DNA of 64,000 nucleotides from Callorhinchus milii (lineage: Eukaryota), in the NCBI RefSeq assembly GCF_018977255.1, contig NW_024704742.1, positions 47,926,001-47,990,000 of the forward strand, written 5' to 3'. The notes below the pieces were generated by a model that was given only the letters and a program-made list of their open reading frames with translations, was not told where the DNA came from and searched no databases. How positions within the stretch are numbered: position 1 is the first letter of the stretch; each line of letters opens with the position of its first letter. A program made the translations under genes and the position numbers. Positions 62,771 through 64,000 of the stretch are shown one piece after another.

Positions 62771-63980
62771 GAGGTAGATTACTCACCTTGAGGTGAGTAG
62801 TCCTCATTCTTCGAATTAAGTTATCCTTCACATACCATGGAGTAAGGCAGCCAATTTAACCGTGAAATCACAGCGTCGCCTGCCCCTTTAAGGAACTATT
62901 CAGCTGGAACCCATGTGACCTCCCCTGCCCTAAAAAAAGAGAGTTCTCCCCTCATTTGGGCATCTTCAGTTATTTCAACCAGAGGTAGCAAAGTATGAAA
63001 ATGTTAAGTGTCGAGACACTCGAGGTCCCATTTGACCAATGCTTGAGAGATTCACTTGCAAGTTTTTTTTTGCTTTGTTGAAAAAGTAGATTGTTAGTAA
63101 AAATGCCAGCAACAATGATAATACACAGGTTTCTCAGTATCTAACAATTGTAGTGTTTCTAAAATTAATAAGAATGAAAACATGGTACACCAGCAAAAAT
63201 AAAATATCACTGAAAAACTTAGGCATGGTCTCTGGACCAAGGTCCAGAGGGGAAGTGGGTGGGAATATGGTATGTGGAAGATAACTGTTCGAAGAATGAG
63301 GACTACATCTAAAGGAGGACAATCTACCTTTCTTCTTCATTCATTATCCTCCACATACCATGGGTAACTCTTGCAAAGCTGTCTGATTCCAGAGGAAAAC
63401 AAGACTGAGAACCAGCAGAAGTGAAAGATCTTGTCAAACTGCACATCCTGCTAAGTCACATTAAGTTGATTGAAAACCAACAATCGCAGGAGGCACACTC
63501 TCCTCCCCCACCTCCCCCAGTTATTTAGATAGGGTGTTAAGTTGTTGTGGCAGTGCAGAGAGCTGGCAAAAGATGCACCAACAATGCAATTCTGCACTTT
63601 CACATTTTTCCTTCCATCTAAAAATGAACCTAAGCAAGCCAAGTGACAACTGCCAAAACAATGTCTGTAAATCGCATCCTGCACTCTGTGACAATGACGT
63701 GTTTGCCAATCCACTGACATGGATACTGTATTCGTTTTTTTTCTGTTTGACCATGACTTGGTTCTTATGTATTTTGGTTAGACTGTGATTGGATTATGCT
63801 GTGTTTGAATTCTGACCTTTCCCCCTTTGATTTCTACAAATGGAATTTATGACTCCTCCATTTACACGGGATAGACAGCACTTGCCTATGGTAAATGTGA
63901 ACAGGAAAATATACTCAGATTTTCCAAAATCCATTACTTACCTTACCCATGGTATGTGGAATATAACGAATGAAGAACCA
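62771..63980. mobile_element. Non-autonomous DIRS1-like (tyrosine-recombinase retrotransposon) derivative
   Basis: Inverted-repeat layout A(62798-62837)..A'(63268-63305)-B(63333-63367)..B'(63943-63977), all sharing CACATACCA; no coding capacity seen. Confidence 0.6.
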
Positions 63981-64000
63981 AATCTATTAATAACATTCAT

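Noticed and set aside
1-64000. CRISPR arrays, operons or other prokaryotic systems
   Set aside because: Spliced vertebrate genes and vertebrate TEs throughout; no regularly spaced repeat-spacer array.

Overview
Vertebrate genomic DNA, most likely from a cartilaginous fish. The dominant tRNA-derived SINE/L2 pair resembles the elephant-shark/chimaera families as I recall them; this is inference, not a database result. Two genes lie tail-to-tail, as at human 4p14. On +, the last three coding exons of UBE2K (6791-16485). On -, the last 18 coding exons of the cohesin regulator PDS5A (62572 down to the stop at 34037, with a 3'UTR to about 32050). Introns and the intergenic gap are full of L2 and CR1 LINE fragments, tRNA-derived and Deu-domain SINEs, and DNA-transposon MITEs. 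Almost every ORF in the supplied track is spurious or repeat-derived. Most notable: (1) a CpG-rich, stop-free ~325-bp insert between two L2 3' ends in a UBE2K intron, whose translation resembles by eye the C-terminal arm of polyomavirus VP1 (candidate endogenous viral element); (2) a ~640-bp local sequence copied between two SINE tails, the same tail-cargo-tail layout; (3) a non-autonomous DIRS-like element with nested inverted repeats at the right edge; (4) an apparent 1-nt frameshift in one PDS5A exon, probably an assembly error; (5) a canonical AT-hook in PDS5A; (6) an L2-derived 30-bp minisatellite and a ~150-bp hairpin. Comparisons with human proteins and repeat families are from memory; no searches were run. 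Repeat boundaries are approximate.
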